Shown one piece after another: positions 1 through 11,990 of a stretch of DNA of 39,993 bases. The stretch is from Octopus bimaculoides (taxonomy: Eukaryota): the NCBI RefSeq assembly GCF_001194135.2, contig NC_068987.1, forward strand, positions 9,456,140 through 9,496,132, written 5' to 3'. The position numbers and the translations under genes are program-made. The notes beneath the pieces are model-generated. The model worked only from the letters and a program-made list of their open reading frames with translations. It made no database searches and was not told the DNA's origin. The number at the start of each line of letters is the position of its first letter. Position 1 is the stretch's first letter.

Positions 1-45
<45 letters not shown>

Positions 46-61
46 ACACATACACACACAT

Positions 62-220
62 ACGACAGGTTTCTTTCAGTTTCCGTCGACTAAATCTATT
101 CCCAATGGCTTTGGTCAGCCCAAAACTTATAGTAGAAGACGCTTGCCCAAGATGCCCGACATGGTAGGACTGAACCCGGAACAATGTGGTTGAGATGCAA
201 GCTTCATATCACACAGCCAA
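62..220 (-). mobile_element. tRNA-derived SINE head (family A) with adjoining (CA)n
   Basis: The reverse complement gives GGCTGTGTG...CCGGGTTCAGTCC (A/B-box-like). At least 9 homologous copies occur in the window. Confidence 0.8.
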
Positions 221-448
221 GCCTGTACCTACTTTATATATGGGGCAAGTGTCTTCTACTGTTTTAGCTACTTTAACCCACGAATTATTTGAAATGGAAG
301 CTCGTTCTATATATGTGTTGTGTGTGTATATAGTGGGTTCCAGTTAATAAAGATTTAGGTCTAGATCAAAAGTTCTCGACCATTTTTTTTTTAATCCATG
401 GATTCCTTTGATAACTATTTTATTCAGTTGGGCCCTCATAGCCAAGAC

Positions 449-1015
449 CAAGGGTTCTCAATCTTTTTTTTTATCTATGGACCCCTTTGATTACTATTTT
501 GTTCAAGTGGACCCTAGTTTTCTAGAAACTCCTTTCGAAATTCCTATTTTGTTTTTCACACATTAACTTGTGTAGGTTGAACAATTTAAAATATTAGAGA
601 AACAAACCTAAATGTTTCTTGCAATAAATACCAATACATACATCTAAAGCAAAATGTTTTCAGTGGTCCTTAAAATATCATTGTGGATCTCCAATTTACT
701 ATTTTATTTTGTGGACCTCATTTGATTACTGTTTTATTCTGGTGGACCTCCATAGCCATTTGATGTTTAAAATCTAATTTTATAGAAACCTATTTCAAAT
801 TCCTATTTTGTTTTCCACACATTAACTTGTGTAGGTTGAAATATCTAAAATGTTAGACGAAAAAAACTAGCTTTTTTTTTGTTTTTTGTAATACATACAA
901 GTACATACATGTAAATTTTTTCAGGATCCCCTAAAATACTATAATTTCCCTAATTTAGTATCTTGTTGCGTTGACCCCCCAGAAATGTTATATGCACCCC
1001 GGATGAGAACCCCTG
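449..1015. mobile_element. hAT-like MITE with an internal duplication of about 260 bp
   Basis: CAAGGGTTCTCA...TGAGAACCCCTG termini (11/12 match). 523-600 is repeated at about 785-860. No TSD recovered. Confidence 0.55.
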
Positions 1016-1057
1016 GTTTCTTCTTCCTCTTAAAGTCTGTATTGATATTTTTAATAG

Positions 1058-1143
1058 TTGAACGTGTGGCTGATATTTCCTTAATGAGAGAGGAACTTGC
1101 TGATGAGATTAATCACATGCATATGGAGATCGACAATTTGAAG
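1058..1143 (+). CDS. TEKT3: Tektin exon (ERVADISLMREELADEINHMHMEIDNLK)
   Basis: ttaatAG acceptor 1056-57, AAG|GTAACC donor. Aligns by eye to TEKT3 [20 protein letters not shown]. Phase 1 to phase 0. Confidence 0.88.
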
Positions 1144-1154
1144 GTAACCTTTGA

Positions 1155-1517
<363 letters not shown>

Positions 1518-1639
1518 TAATGTGTAAGTGTGAGGGGCGCATGGGCGGTTCTTGAACTCTATTACTCATAAACCGGCTACCCGGTTTCTATGGCGTATAA
1601 GCGGCTGAGATCACAACATTCACTCTCAACAGGACGCCA

Positions 1640-1858
1640 GTTTGTTGCAGGTTTTAAGGCCATTAATTTTGAAGGAAGGGGATAAGTCGATTACATTGGA
1701 CCCCAATATTTCACTGGTACGTTATTTTATCGACCACGAAGGAATGAAAGACAAAGTTGACCTCGGCGAGATTTGAACTCAGAACGTAAAAGAGCCGGAA
1801 GACATGCCACTAAATATTTTTGTCCAACGTGCTAATGATTCTGCCAGCTCATCGCCTT
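1640..1858 (-). mobile_element. Family B SINE
   Basis: Reverse complement of the 37557-37788 family (GGCGATGAGCTGGCAGAATC...GAGTTCAAATCTCGCCGAGGTC). Further copies at about 38400-38570 and 39870-39993. Confidence 0.75.
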
Positions 1859-1874
1859 CTGTGTGTGTGTGTGT

Positions 1875-2587
1875 NNNNNNNNNNNNNNNNNNNNNNNNNN
1901 NNNNNNNNNNNNNNNNNNNNNNNNNNNNNNNNNNNNNNNNNNNNNNNNNNNNNNNNNNNNNNNNNNNNNNNNNNNNNNNNNNNNNNNNNNNNNNNNNNNN
2001 NNNNNNNNNNNNNNNNNNNNNNNNNNNNNNNNNNNNNNNNNNNNNNNNNNNNNNNNNNNNNNNNNNNNNNNNNNNNNNNNNNNNNNNNNNNNNNNNNNNN
2101 NNNNNNNNNNNNNNNNNNNNNNNNNNNNNNNNNNNNNNNNNNNNNNNNNNNNNNNNNNNNNNNNNNNNNNNNNNNNNNNNNNNNNNNNNNNNNNNNNNNN
2201 NNNNNNNNNNNNNNNNNNNNNNNNNNNNNNNNNNNNNNNNNNNNNNNNNNNNNNNNNNNNNNNNNNNNNNNNNNNNNNNNNNNNNNNNNNNNNNNNNNNN
2301 NNNNNNNNNNNNNNNNNNNNNNNNNNNNNNNNNNNNNNNNNNNNNNNNNNNNNNNNNNNNNNNNNNNNNNNNNNNNNNNNNNNNNNNNNNNNNNNNNNNN
2401 NNNNNNNNNNNNNNNNNNNNNNNNNNNNNNNNNNNNNNNNNNNNNNNNNNNNNNNNNNNNNNNNNNNNNNNNNNNNNNNNNNNNNNNNNNNNNNNNNNNN
2501 NNNNNNNNNNNNNNNNNNNNNNNNNNNNNNNNNNNNNNNNNNNNNNNNNNNNNNNNNNNNNNNNNNNNNNNNNNNNNNNNNNNNNNN
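1875..2587. other. Assembly gap (others: 5734-6246, 6781-7144, 13155-13883, 21401-21576, 30870-31137)
   Basis: N runs, most of them abutting microsatellites or homopolymers. Confidence 1.
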
Positions 2588-2620
<33 letters not shown>

Positions 2621-4427
2621 ATTAAAATTGCTTTTTAAAAACGAATATACAGGTATACAGGATGAATCAGAAGATTCTTGATATGAAATTTCTAATCTTC
2701 ATTTTGCTATAATTTTTTTTGTTGCTGAGAATATCTGTCGAGATACTTTTATGTATGTATGCATGCATGTATGTATGTATGTATGTATATTTGTGTGTAT
2801 GTATGTATGTCATTATTCAGTTTATTTCAAGATTTCTTGCCAATAGAGAAAGAACCGCTTTCTAACCTAGATTCAAGGCTCCTTCATTGTAATCTCAACA
2901 TCAAAAACAGAGTATGTATGTATGTATGTATGTATGTATGTATGTATGTATGTATGTATGCATGTATGTGTGTGTGTATGTACGTATTATGTATGTATGT
3001 ATGTATGTATGTACAAGTGCAGATTTGTATGTTTTGCTTTATGTATGTATTCTCATGCATATAGTTGCATATCTAGACATGCTCATACATATTTAAACGA
3101 AAACTTCTGGAAAGTTTTACAGATTTTTACAGTTCCAGTGAGGGAGGGAGGGAGACGAGATGTACACTAAGAAGTTCAAATGACAACGACTGATTTCAGC
3201 TGTTAGTTGGTTTGTAGTAATGCTAAAACCACTTTCGTATGACACTGTATATATGTATATCACGTGATCGACCAGATCATCGGATGTCGGTTTGCATCAC
3301 TGGTCACAATGCGCTTTTGCTTTGTTTTAGCTTTCGAATGATGCCACCCCACCGACTAGGCGAGCGGGGGTTAACATTCTCCTGATCAGAAAAGTAGGCC
3401 ATCACATGGTGGTTCCTCATTTGCAGCTGAGTGGACTGAAGCAATGTGAAATGAAGTGTTTTGCTCAAGAACACAACGCACCACCCGGTCTGGGAATCGA
3501 ACTCACGGTCTAACGATCGTGAGTACAACACTCTAAGCACTAGCCTACACGCCTTCACATGACACAATATATACAATAGTAATGAATACTGATTTGCGAA
3601 AGGTCTACCTTAAGACGTGCATCTTTTGTCAGTCATGTAGATGAGCCAGACTTGGCTGGGAATTTGAAGAAATGCGAGATTCAGACTCAGTAAGTTGTTG
3701 TGTATTTCTGACGGCACGTTCGTATTTAAGTGCGTTTGTCTTTCATATATGGATCTTTCCGAAAGAATTCAAAAGGATGTGAATTTAAGATTCAGTTTTT
3801 GGGTCAATAAAAAAAATCTTCGTTTTCTGTCAACCAACCAATGATCTGAGATGTGATGAGGTCACAATCAGAGATATATATAAATCAGTCCAGAAGGTCA
3901 CTCACGGACAGCCTAACATGTCTAGGGCAGATGAAGCCCTTCAGCTTTCTGGTTGCTCATCTAAGAGGAGGTAACTCCATACAAATCCTGCATCCTAACT
4001 TCTGGACTTGTGGTATTTGGGCTTGTTGTATCAGACCAATACAAGTTTGAAGGATGAAGGAGTGAAAGTGTCTCAGCATAAACCATACCCACTGTAATAA
4101 TATTCTTCGTGTAATTTATTTAGCAAACCAAACACGAGTACCAACAACATCGCACTTTTTTCAAAAGCATTGAACCAAGAACAATATTTGGCTGTGTGTT
4201 GCTAGACTCTCCATTCGTCGAGCGAAGAGAATGTCCATATATCGACAAGCGAAACTATGAGTAGGAAAACGTAGGCATTGGGGAATGCGTAGAATTATTT
4301 TTCCTTAAGTTCGTTTAAAACGAGGAGTGAAGAATCTAACGATTCGGGTTTTTACCTTTCATCAACGTGAGCAGGAGAGTGTAAGTGATGTCGCTATTGT
4401 TGTAGGCAGTGATATTTGCGTATGTGG

Positions 4428-4430
<3 letters not shown>

Positions 4431-4503
<73 letters not shown>

Positions 4504-4565
4504 GTGCGTACGTGCGTGTGTGTGTGTGTGTGTGTGTGTGCTTATGCGTCTGTGTGTGTGTGCGT
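4431..4565. repeat. (TG)n microsatellite
   Basis: Direct reading. Other microsatellites: (CA)n 1-60, (TG)n 1222-1282, (TATG)n 2751-3010, (TTA)n 6247-6292 and 8043-8070, (TA)n at 13884, 30571, 31329 and 31850, (GAT)n at 38274. Confidence 0.95.
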
Positions 4566-4640
4566 GCACGCATGTGTATGATATTATATTTCATAAATTC
4601 GTTTCAAACTGTTTTATTTCGTTCTTTTGCGGGGGATTAG

Positions 4641-4784
4641 GATGAACCGTGCTGCCCTACATTCTCTTGATGTCGATATGAAAGATAAAGAGCATGCGCA
4701 GAGCATTGATGACCGAATGCATCATTTAAGAAACTCGTCGGCCGGTATCGGTTACTACCCAGGAATTGAACACGTCTCTAACAC
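4641..4784 (+). CDS. TEKT3: Tektin exon (MNRAALHSLDVDMKDKEHAQSIDDRMHHLRNSSAGIGYYPGIEHVSN)
   Basis: gattAG acceptor, AC|GTAAGG donor, 144 nt, phase 2-2. Resembles TEKT3 [37 protein letters not shown]. Confidence 0.93.
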
Positions 4785-5376
4785 GTAAGGAATAAACAGT
4801 TTTTCTCTCTTTTTAAGTTTTCGCATCATATTGCTCTTCCTTCTTTCATTTATTTTTTTTATTTCACATATTTTTTGTTTTGTTATTTTACCTATCCGTT
4901 TTCTGCGATTATTTGGTAAGCGGTGCCGTATTTTACAATCTGTAAATAATAAGAATATTTCATAAGCATCCGCTTATATTGGGACATATATGCCCTCGAC
5001 GGAAAAAATAATAGGGTTTGCCGTACGCGTGAGACTCGAACCCACACATCTGTTAGTGTATTGGTAGCACACTTGTCGCGAATACATAGCATGGGTTCGA
5101 TTCCTATACGTACGGAAAACTTTACTTTTTTTTCCGTCGTGGGCTCATATGCCCCAATATTAGAATATTTACCTTAGTCAGTGCACGGTGATCGATTACA
5201 AGATTTAATGACAGGCTGAAAGGCATGTGGACAGATACATTCCTTTTTGGTAAAGCTCCCATTGACTTCTTTCGGGGTCGATTAAATAAGTACCAGTTAT
5301 GCACTGGGTCGATGTAATCGACTTAATCCCTTCCTCCAAATTTGAGGCCATGTGTTTCTAGAAGAAAGGATTATTA

Positions 5377-5733
5377 GGATCTTTTTTAAAACAGGGGGCC
5401 ACATTTTTCATTAACGAAACACTTTGAAACTTGGAACACTGGTAGAATGTGTCATATAAAACATCTTTTTCTCTTAGTCTTCTTAAAAAAAAAAGAAATC
5501 CCTAAGTTATTCCATGTTAAAGTTGTCGTATTTCTGTAATTTCAACCAATCACTGACGTCCATTCAGCCGATATACATTAAGTGCCGACTACATAAACAA
5601 ACGATTCTGAAACAATTCTATCGGTGATAGGGTTAGGGTTAGGGTAAAACAGCAAATTTAAAAAGAAAAAAGCAAATAAAACGAAGAAAAAAAAGAAAAT
5701 GAAAAAAGCAAATTTAAAATGAAAAAAGCAAAT
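5377..5733. mobile_element. Second copy of the Merlin-like MITE, right end lost in gap
   Basis: Near-identical to 21165-21640. It follows gattatta, and a (TTA)n run resumes after the gap at 6247, consistent with insertion into a (TTA)n tail. Confidence 0.85.
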
Positions 5734-6246
5734 NNNNNNNNNNNNNNNNNNNNNNNNNNNNNNNNNNNNNNNNNNNNNNNNNNNNNNNNNNNNNNNNNNN
5801 NNNNNNNNNNNNNNNNNNNNNNNNNNNNNNNNNNNNNNNNNNNNNNNNNNNNNNNNNNNNNNNNNNNNNNNNNNNNNNNNNNNNNNNNNNNNNNNNNNNN
5901 NNNNNNNNNNNNNNNNNNNNNNNNNNNNNNNNNNNNNNNNNNNNNNNNNNNNNNNNNNNNNNNNNNNNNNNNNNNNNNNNNNNNNNNNNNNNNNNNNNNN
6001 NNNNNNNNNNNNNNNNNNNNNNNNNNNNNNNNNNNNNNNNNNNNNNNNNNNNNNNNNNNNNNNNNNNNNNNNNNNNNNNNNNNNNNNNNNNNNNNNNNNN
6101 NNNNNNNNNNNNNNNNNNNNNNNNNNNNNNNNNNNNNNNNNNNNNNNNNNNNNNNNNNNNNNNNNNNNNNNNNNNNNNNNNNNNNNNNNNNNNNNNNNNN
6201 NNNNNNNNNNNNNNNNNNNNNNNNNNNNNNNNNNNNNNNNNNNNNN

Positions 6247-6293
<47 letters not shown>

Positions 6294-6474
6294 TACAGAT
6301 TTATTTTACATATATTTTCTTTAACTTTACATTTATACGAAAGACAATCATCGACTTACTTTTCATTCTTCTTCATTTTTCTTTTTCGTTTTTTTTTCTT
6401 CTTTTTTTTTCTTTTCTATTACGTGTTTTTTTCTTTTCTTCTCTTTTCTTATTTTCTTCGTTCTTTATCTTTTG

Positions 6475-6741
6475 CTTGCTTCAATCATTGGACTGCGACC
6501 AAGTTGGGGACTTCGAAGGTTTTAGTTGAAATAAATCGACCCCCACCTCCGCACTTATTTTTAACGTTTGGTACTTATTCGATCGGTTCTCTTTTGCCGA
6601 ACAACTGAGTTACAGAAACGTAAACAAACCAACATCGGACGTCAAACGACGATGGTGAGACAAACACAAACTCAAATACACACACACACGCATACATACA
6701 TACATACATACATACATACATACATACATACATGCATACAT

Positions 6742-6780
<39 letters not shown>
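6475..6780 (-). mobile_element. SINE body C with (CATA)n(TA)n running into the gap
   Basis: Homologous to 14938-15120. Confidence 0.7.
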
Positions 6781-7144
6781 NNNNNNNNNNNNNNNNNNNN
6801 NNNNNNNNNNNNNNNNNNNNNNNNNNNNNNNNNNNNNNNNNNNNNNNNNNNNNNNNNNNNNNNNNNNNNNNNNNNNNNNNNNNNNNNNNNNNNNNNNNNN
6901 NNNNNNNNNNNNNNNNNNNNNNNNNNNNNNNNNNNNNNNNNNNNNNNNNNNNNNNNNNNNNNNNNNNNNNNNNNNNNNNNNNNNNNNNNNNNNNNNNNNN
7001 NNNNNNNNNNNNNNNNNNNNNNNNNNNNNNNNNNNNNNNNNNNNNNNNNNNNNNNNNNNNNNNNNNNNNNNNNNNNNNNNNNNNNNNNNNNNNNNNNNNN
7101 NNNNNNNNNNNNNNNNNNNNNNNNNNNNNNNNNNNNNNNNNNNN

Positions 7145-7279
<135 letters not shown>

Positions 7280-7436
7280 TGATCACTTTACATTAAAGAA
7301 AATTTTAAGGCGGCTTGCTTAACGGTATTTCGTCTATCGGTCTCTTTTGCCGAACCGCTAAGTTATGGGGACGTAAACACGCCAGCATCGGTTGTCAAAT
7401 CTTGGAAAATAATTGATTTGTAAGATTATTAATCTC

Positions 7437-7787
7437 CGTGGAAGCGCGTGGATTAGTGGTTAGGGTGATAGACTCATGATCGTAAGATTGTGGTTTCGAT
7501 TCCTGGACTGGGTAATACATTGTTCATGAGTAAAACACTTCATTTGACAGTGCTGCAGCACACTCAGCTGGTGAAAATGAGTCGACCCATGGTGAAAGGA
7601 AATACTCGTTAGCTTCGCCTCACTTACGCTAGTCTCGAGACCTTGAACTCATAGGGCAGGGCATCCAGTTTCCATACGTCAAATGATGTGTTTTTCTCAA
7701 GAATACAACACACCACGTGGCCTGAGAATCGAGACCACGATCTTGCGATTATGAGAGCGATACCTTTACCACTAGGCTGCACGCTTT
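7437..7787. mobile_element. Inverted pair of family D tRNA-SINEs (+ at 7437-7590, - at about 7610-7787)
   Basis: Head GTGGAAGCGCGTGGATTAGTGGTTAGGG...GGTTTCGATTCC on the + strand and its degenerate reverse complement downstream. Confidence 0.7.
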
Positions 7788-8019
7788 TACCAAATACTTA
7801 ACGATCAATTATAGCCAAGAGAAATGTGACAACTGAAATTTTAATCAATTAAAATTAAGAACAGAATGTGGAAGATATGGTGGAAAGTGAGTCTGAACTT
7901 GGTCAACGTTGTGTCAATTCCGGACGTTTTGGTTTTATTGGGTCTCCTCAGTGACGCATTATTTGACGGTATAATAAAGAGTAAGATGACTTGAGATATA
8001 TCGAGATTTTCCTACATAA

Positions 8020-8229
<210 letters not shown>

Positions 8230-8251
8230 TAAGTTAGTTACATGTGTTGGG

Positions 8252-8460
8252 GCGCCAGGTATGGTCGTGTGGTTAAGAGGCTCCTTTGCAATCATGTGGC
8301 TTTGGGATCAGTCCCATTGCGCGGCACCTCGGGCAAACGTTTTCGGCTATAGCCCAGGGCTGACCAATGCCCCGTGAATTAAGTGTGGAAGCCCGTCGTA
8401 TGACTGTTTGTCCCGTTTACCGTTGCTTGACCACTGTCGTTGATTTGTCTGTCCTGTAAT
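8252..8460 (+). mobile_element. SINE family A head with start of body C
   Basis: GGTCGTGTGGTTAAGAG...GGGATCAGTCCCATTGCGCGGCACC...GAAGCCCGTCGTA, followed by TGTTTGTCCC. Confidence 0.7.
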
Positions 8461-8519
8461 CTTCCTTTTGTGTATATATAATTTATATTAAACTCTCCTT
8501 TTTTGTTTTTCCTTGGTGT

Positions 8520-8805
8520 CGTAACAGATTGAGGGTTTTTTTAGGTGGGTTGTTCGTCCTCCAGAGAATAGTCGGTTGATGGGGCTGCTATCTTGGCGAC
8601 GAGCCGTGGGTCACCGTTAGTCTAGAACCTCCCCGGCAGACCGGCCCGCCTAGGGTGGCCTACCAGGAGCAAAGCTCGAGACGGTAACACTATTTTGGAT
8701 CTCAGGAACACGCAAGCCCTCTCGTCAAGACTTGACCCAAGATGACGCCCCTGGGACCCCCAGCTCCATCAAGCTAGAACATGACCTATCCTATCTATCT
8801 TACCT
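8520..8805. repeat. GC-rich interspersed repeat (RTE 5'-UTR-like) in the last tektin intron
   Basis: Abrupt GC-rich block containing GGAACACGCAAGCCCTC. Family assignment is from recall only. Confidence 0.4.
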
Positions 8806-8826
8806 TTTTTTTTTTTTTTTTTCCAG

Positions 8827-9061
8827 TCTTCAACGAGAAGTGACAGAAATACGAGAATCGGTTAAAGTTTTACACGACAAGCTACGAAATGCAGAAGCCG
8901 CTTTAGCTCGCCTGGTGAAGACAAGGAGTACACTTGAAAATGACATCAATGTGAAAGAAAATAGCTTACAAATTGACAGTAAGTTCTGTATGGGCATGCG
9001 CAAAAGCTTTCCAATGGAGCCAAACATAGGACCAATATTTCAAATGCCACTAGATATTTAA
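8827..9061 (+). CDS. TEKT3: Tektin terminal coding exon (LQREVTEIRESV...KENSLQIDSKFCMGMRKSFPMEPNIGPIFQMPLDI*)
   Basis: poly-T ccAG acceptor, phase 2 matches the upstream exon. Contains the tektin C-terminal KxNSLxIDxxxCMxMRK motif. TAA ends at 9061. Confidence 0.95.
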
Positions 9062-9265
9062 ATGTTCCTATGCACGAGATATGTCTAAAATTTCGAAAAC
9101 TGTTTTCATGTTTTACAGCAACTTTTTTTTTTCAATGAAATGCAGAATTTAAAAAAAAATTGCTACGTCAAGTTTCAAAAACAGGTCTTTTTTTTTTTAA
9201 TTATGTATTGAATATTTTAAAACAATTATCTTATTTTTATCTCAGAAACTTGGACATTTATTTAA

Positions 9266-9491
9266 CCCTTTAGCATTTAAATCAGCCATAACAGACCAAA
9301 ATATTTTACCTACTTTATGATAAAAAAAAAAACTAACTAGATCCAACCTCTCGCTCCTATCCTACAATGTCATTCTAAAAATAAGCTATCACCTCATTAA
9401 ATGTCAAGGCTAGAAGATAATGCAGGATTAATTCAAACTGAAGCGAATAAATAAGAATTATATTTGACAGAGTAATGTGAATGCTAAAGGG
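9266..9491. mobile_element. piggyBac-type MITE
   Basis: TTAA|CCCTTTAGCATT...AATGCTAAAGGG|TTAA. Confidence 0.85.
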
Positions 9492-10261
9492 TTAAAACTT
9501 AGATTTTTGTTGTCTTTTTTTTTTACAAGTTTATATTTAATATTTGCACAAATTTGTTTCAGGGAAAAAAAAAAGAATTTGTAACATTGATTTGATCCAA
9601 ATAAATGTTAATTTCTTCATGTAACACCAAAAAACAATTTCGCCATCGTATAACTACTGTTTCATACATGGCCTCAAAAAATTGACATGTTACTCATAAT
9701 AAACATTCAAACACTCAAAGTATAACATCTTTAATCCCTTCTGAACTCATGTCTCAAGCGTTTTCATAACTTTGTCCTGAACGTCCTTGCTTGTTTTGGG
9801 GACTTTTAGACCTCGTTTCATCATCATCATCATCATCATTTAACGTCAATTGTCCATGCTGGAATGCGCTGGGCGGTTTGACGAAGGCTGCACCCAACTC
9901 CACTCTGATTTGGCACGGTTTCTACGACCGGATGCCCATCCCAACACAAATCACTCCGAGAGTGCAATGGGTGCCTTTTACGTGCCAACTACGTGACACC
10001 GGCATCGGCCACATTGCTTCTGTGAGGCCGAATACTATTCTGAATAATATAAAGCCTTCCTTTCTTAAGTCCCAAGTTACTTTGATAGTTGAAAAGGAAC
10101 TGGGAATGTGTATCATACATGATGCATGAACACCAGGGAAATAAGTCCTGTGTATCACGTGATACAGAAGACAACCAAAGGGTTAAAGAAGTCTATACTC
10201 GTCTTATAGTACGGAAGAAGGGGGCGCTAAGCAGTGATAATTACAATGTTATTACCAATCC

Positions 10262-10368
10262 AAATATGCCTAAGGTACGTTCGAACTGGGGAACAAGTCA
10301 TTCACTTTCTCCATGACAAAACACAGTGGATGGCTTGTTCCCCAGTTCAAACGTGCCTCAAGCATATT
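10262..10368. repeat. Imperfect inverted repeat of about 45 bp (hairpin, 18-nt spacer)
   Basis: AAATATGCCTAAGGTACGTTCGAACTGGGGAACAAGTCATTCACT pairs with AGTGGATGGCTTGTTCCCAGTTCAAACGTGCCTCAAGCATATTT. Confidence 0.85.
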
Positions 10369-10897
10369 TAGACGGGTAACAACATTAATCTTCTTATATT
10401 TTGTTATAAAGGGATGTTTAAGAAATTTTCTCCACAGTATGACTAATAAAATTATTACATAAATTACCACTGGAAAAAATGAGATTACTCATAATATCCA
10501 ACTTTTCAACACACAAGTGTAAATTTCTTAATCCCCTCTTGAAGTATAAACTCTTCTCATTTAGGAATAAAAGGATTAAGAAAATTCATCATCATCGTCC
10601 TCATCATTATTTAACGTCCGTCTTCCATGCTGGCTTGGCAGGAGCTAGCAAACCAGAGGACTGCACCAAGTTCCATGGTTTTGGCATAGTTTTTATGGTT
10701 AGATGCCCTTCTTAACACCAACCACTTTACAGAGTGTACTGGGTGCTTTTTATAAAAATTAAGAAAAATCAACTTTTTTTCTGTAATTTTTGTAAAACAA
10801 ATATTGTACGCAAGTGAACGGTCTCTGTCCTCTTAAAATACTGACGCTGGTGAAATTTACCAAAAACAATGAAAATAGAAATGAAGTGAAAAGTACT

Positions 10898-10903
10898 TTT
10901 ATT
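10898..10903 (-). terminator. Candidate FKBP4 poly(A) signal AATAAA
   Basis: tttatt on the + strand, about 260 nt after the stop of the distal exon. Confidence 0.5.
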
Positions 10904-11161
10904 TCAATCTAAATGTATGGATAGACAGAACAGAAATAGGTTTCTGAGAATTTGACTGTCATAACAAATGAAGTGACTGTCAATGGAGGAAAAAAAAAAA
11001 AAAAAAGGAAATGCTGAAAGCGCCAGATCTCAGAGACTGATCTGTAGGAACACAGAATACATATTGTAAGTCTTGAGACAAACTTACTAAATACATTTTG
11101 TCAGTCAATCAGAAGGAAATGGAAAGAAAATTGAGACAAATAATGAATAGTTTTTAAAGAA

Positions 11162-11281
11162 TTATTTTTCCGCTTCCATTTCTTCACTGATCATCCCTTC
11201 TGTTGGAGTAGGTAGTTCTTGCCCCTCTTCCTCGTCGTCCTCTTCATTTTTGTTCCCATCCTTCTCTTCTTCGATTTCATT
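11162..11281 (-). CDS. FKBP4: FKBP4 distal terminal exon (NEIEEEKDGNKNEEDDEEEGQELPTPTEGMISEEMEAEK*)
   Basis: Long polypyrimidine tract with ttttcAG, phase 0. Encodes an acidic tail ending in TAA. AATAAA lies about 260 nt downstream. Confidence 0.85.
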   Translation of the reverse strand, partial: NEIEEEKDGNKNEEDDEEEGQELPTPTEGMISEEMEAEK

Positions 11282-11990
11282 CTGAAAAGAAAGAAATTTT
11301 AAAAGATAAGAAAACGAAAGAAACCTCTAACAGAGTAACTAGCTATTGTGTGTCTTTAATTAGAAAGATTAGGACAGATGCTCTCGAAAAATTTCCAAAT
11401 TGATTTTAAAAAATTACATTATCAAATGTACAGCAAAAATTGTTGTAGAGAACAAATACAACGTTGTTTAGAATATCAAACAGTTACTCCCATACAAAAG
11501 GAATAAAAAAGCCATTCAAAATGATTTTCAGTTTGAAAATTAGGTTCAATGTTAAAGACAACTATAGCAAAACTACCAAGGCAAAAAGTGTTCAGGGCTA
11601 AGAAAAGCAGATGCCCTTAAAAAAATTGAACATGCTCAATTGGCTGTTGCCAATATCACTAAAGACTGCCACAGACAAATATCAATGACTCTAATGTTTG
11701 TATGAAAAAATGTAAAGCCTTAGGCATTTGGAAATGTCTCTTAGTAAAGATGACAATGAGAATTTTGGATCAACATTATTTAGATACATCCTCCAATTCT
11801 TCCCACTCAAAAGAAATTATTAGACCAAATGTTGTGAATAATTCAGAGAAGCAACAAACAACTTCCACAAAATATATGTTAGGGGAGGGGAAAAAAAAAA
11901 AAAAACAAAAAAAAAAACGTTAAGATTATGGGTTTTTATGGCCTTAAGTTTTTCAGTTTTTGTAATAGAGCTCATTAGAAAGGATTGAAG

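Noticed and set aside
1804-2681. Long ORFs spanning N-runs (also 5719-6324, 6568-7277, 13094-14006, 21301-21612, 30785-31246)
   Set aside because: Artefacts of unknown bases. Only the tektin frame at 7145-7273, which is not in the ORF track, is real.
4310-4380. 71-nt AG/GT segment with exactly the length expected for the missing tektin exon
   Set aside because: The required frame stops at codon 3 (TTC GTT TAA) and no frame is tektin-like.
4327-4645. CVCV/HTHT/MYVC ORFs (also 1081-1287, 2759-3170)
   Set aside because: Translations of microsatellites.
5628-5645. TTAGGG repeats as a telomere or telomerase-healing site
   Set aside because: Only 2-3 units, and they are internal to a MITE present twice.
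7437-7510. Genuine tRNA genes at A/B-box-like heads
   Set aside because: No complete cloverleaf or acceptor stem, and they run into multicopy SINE bodies.
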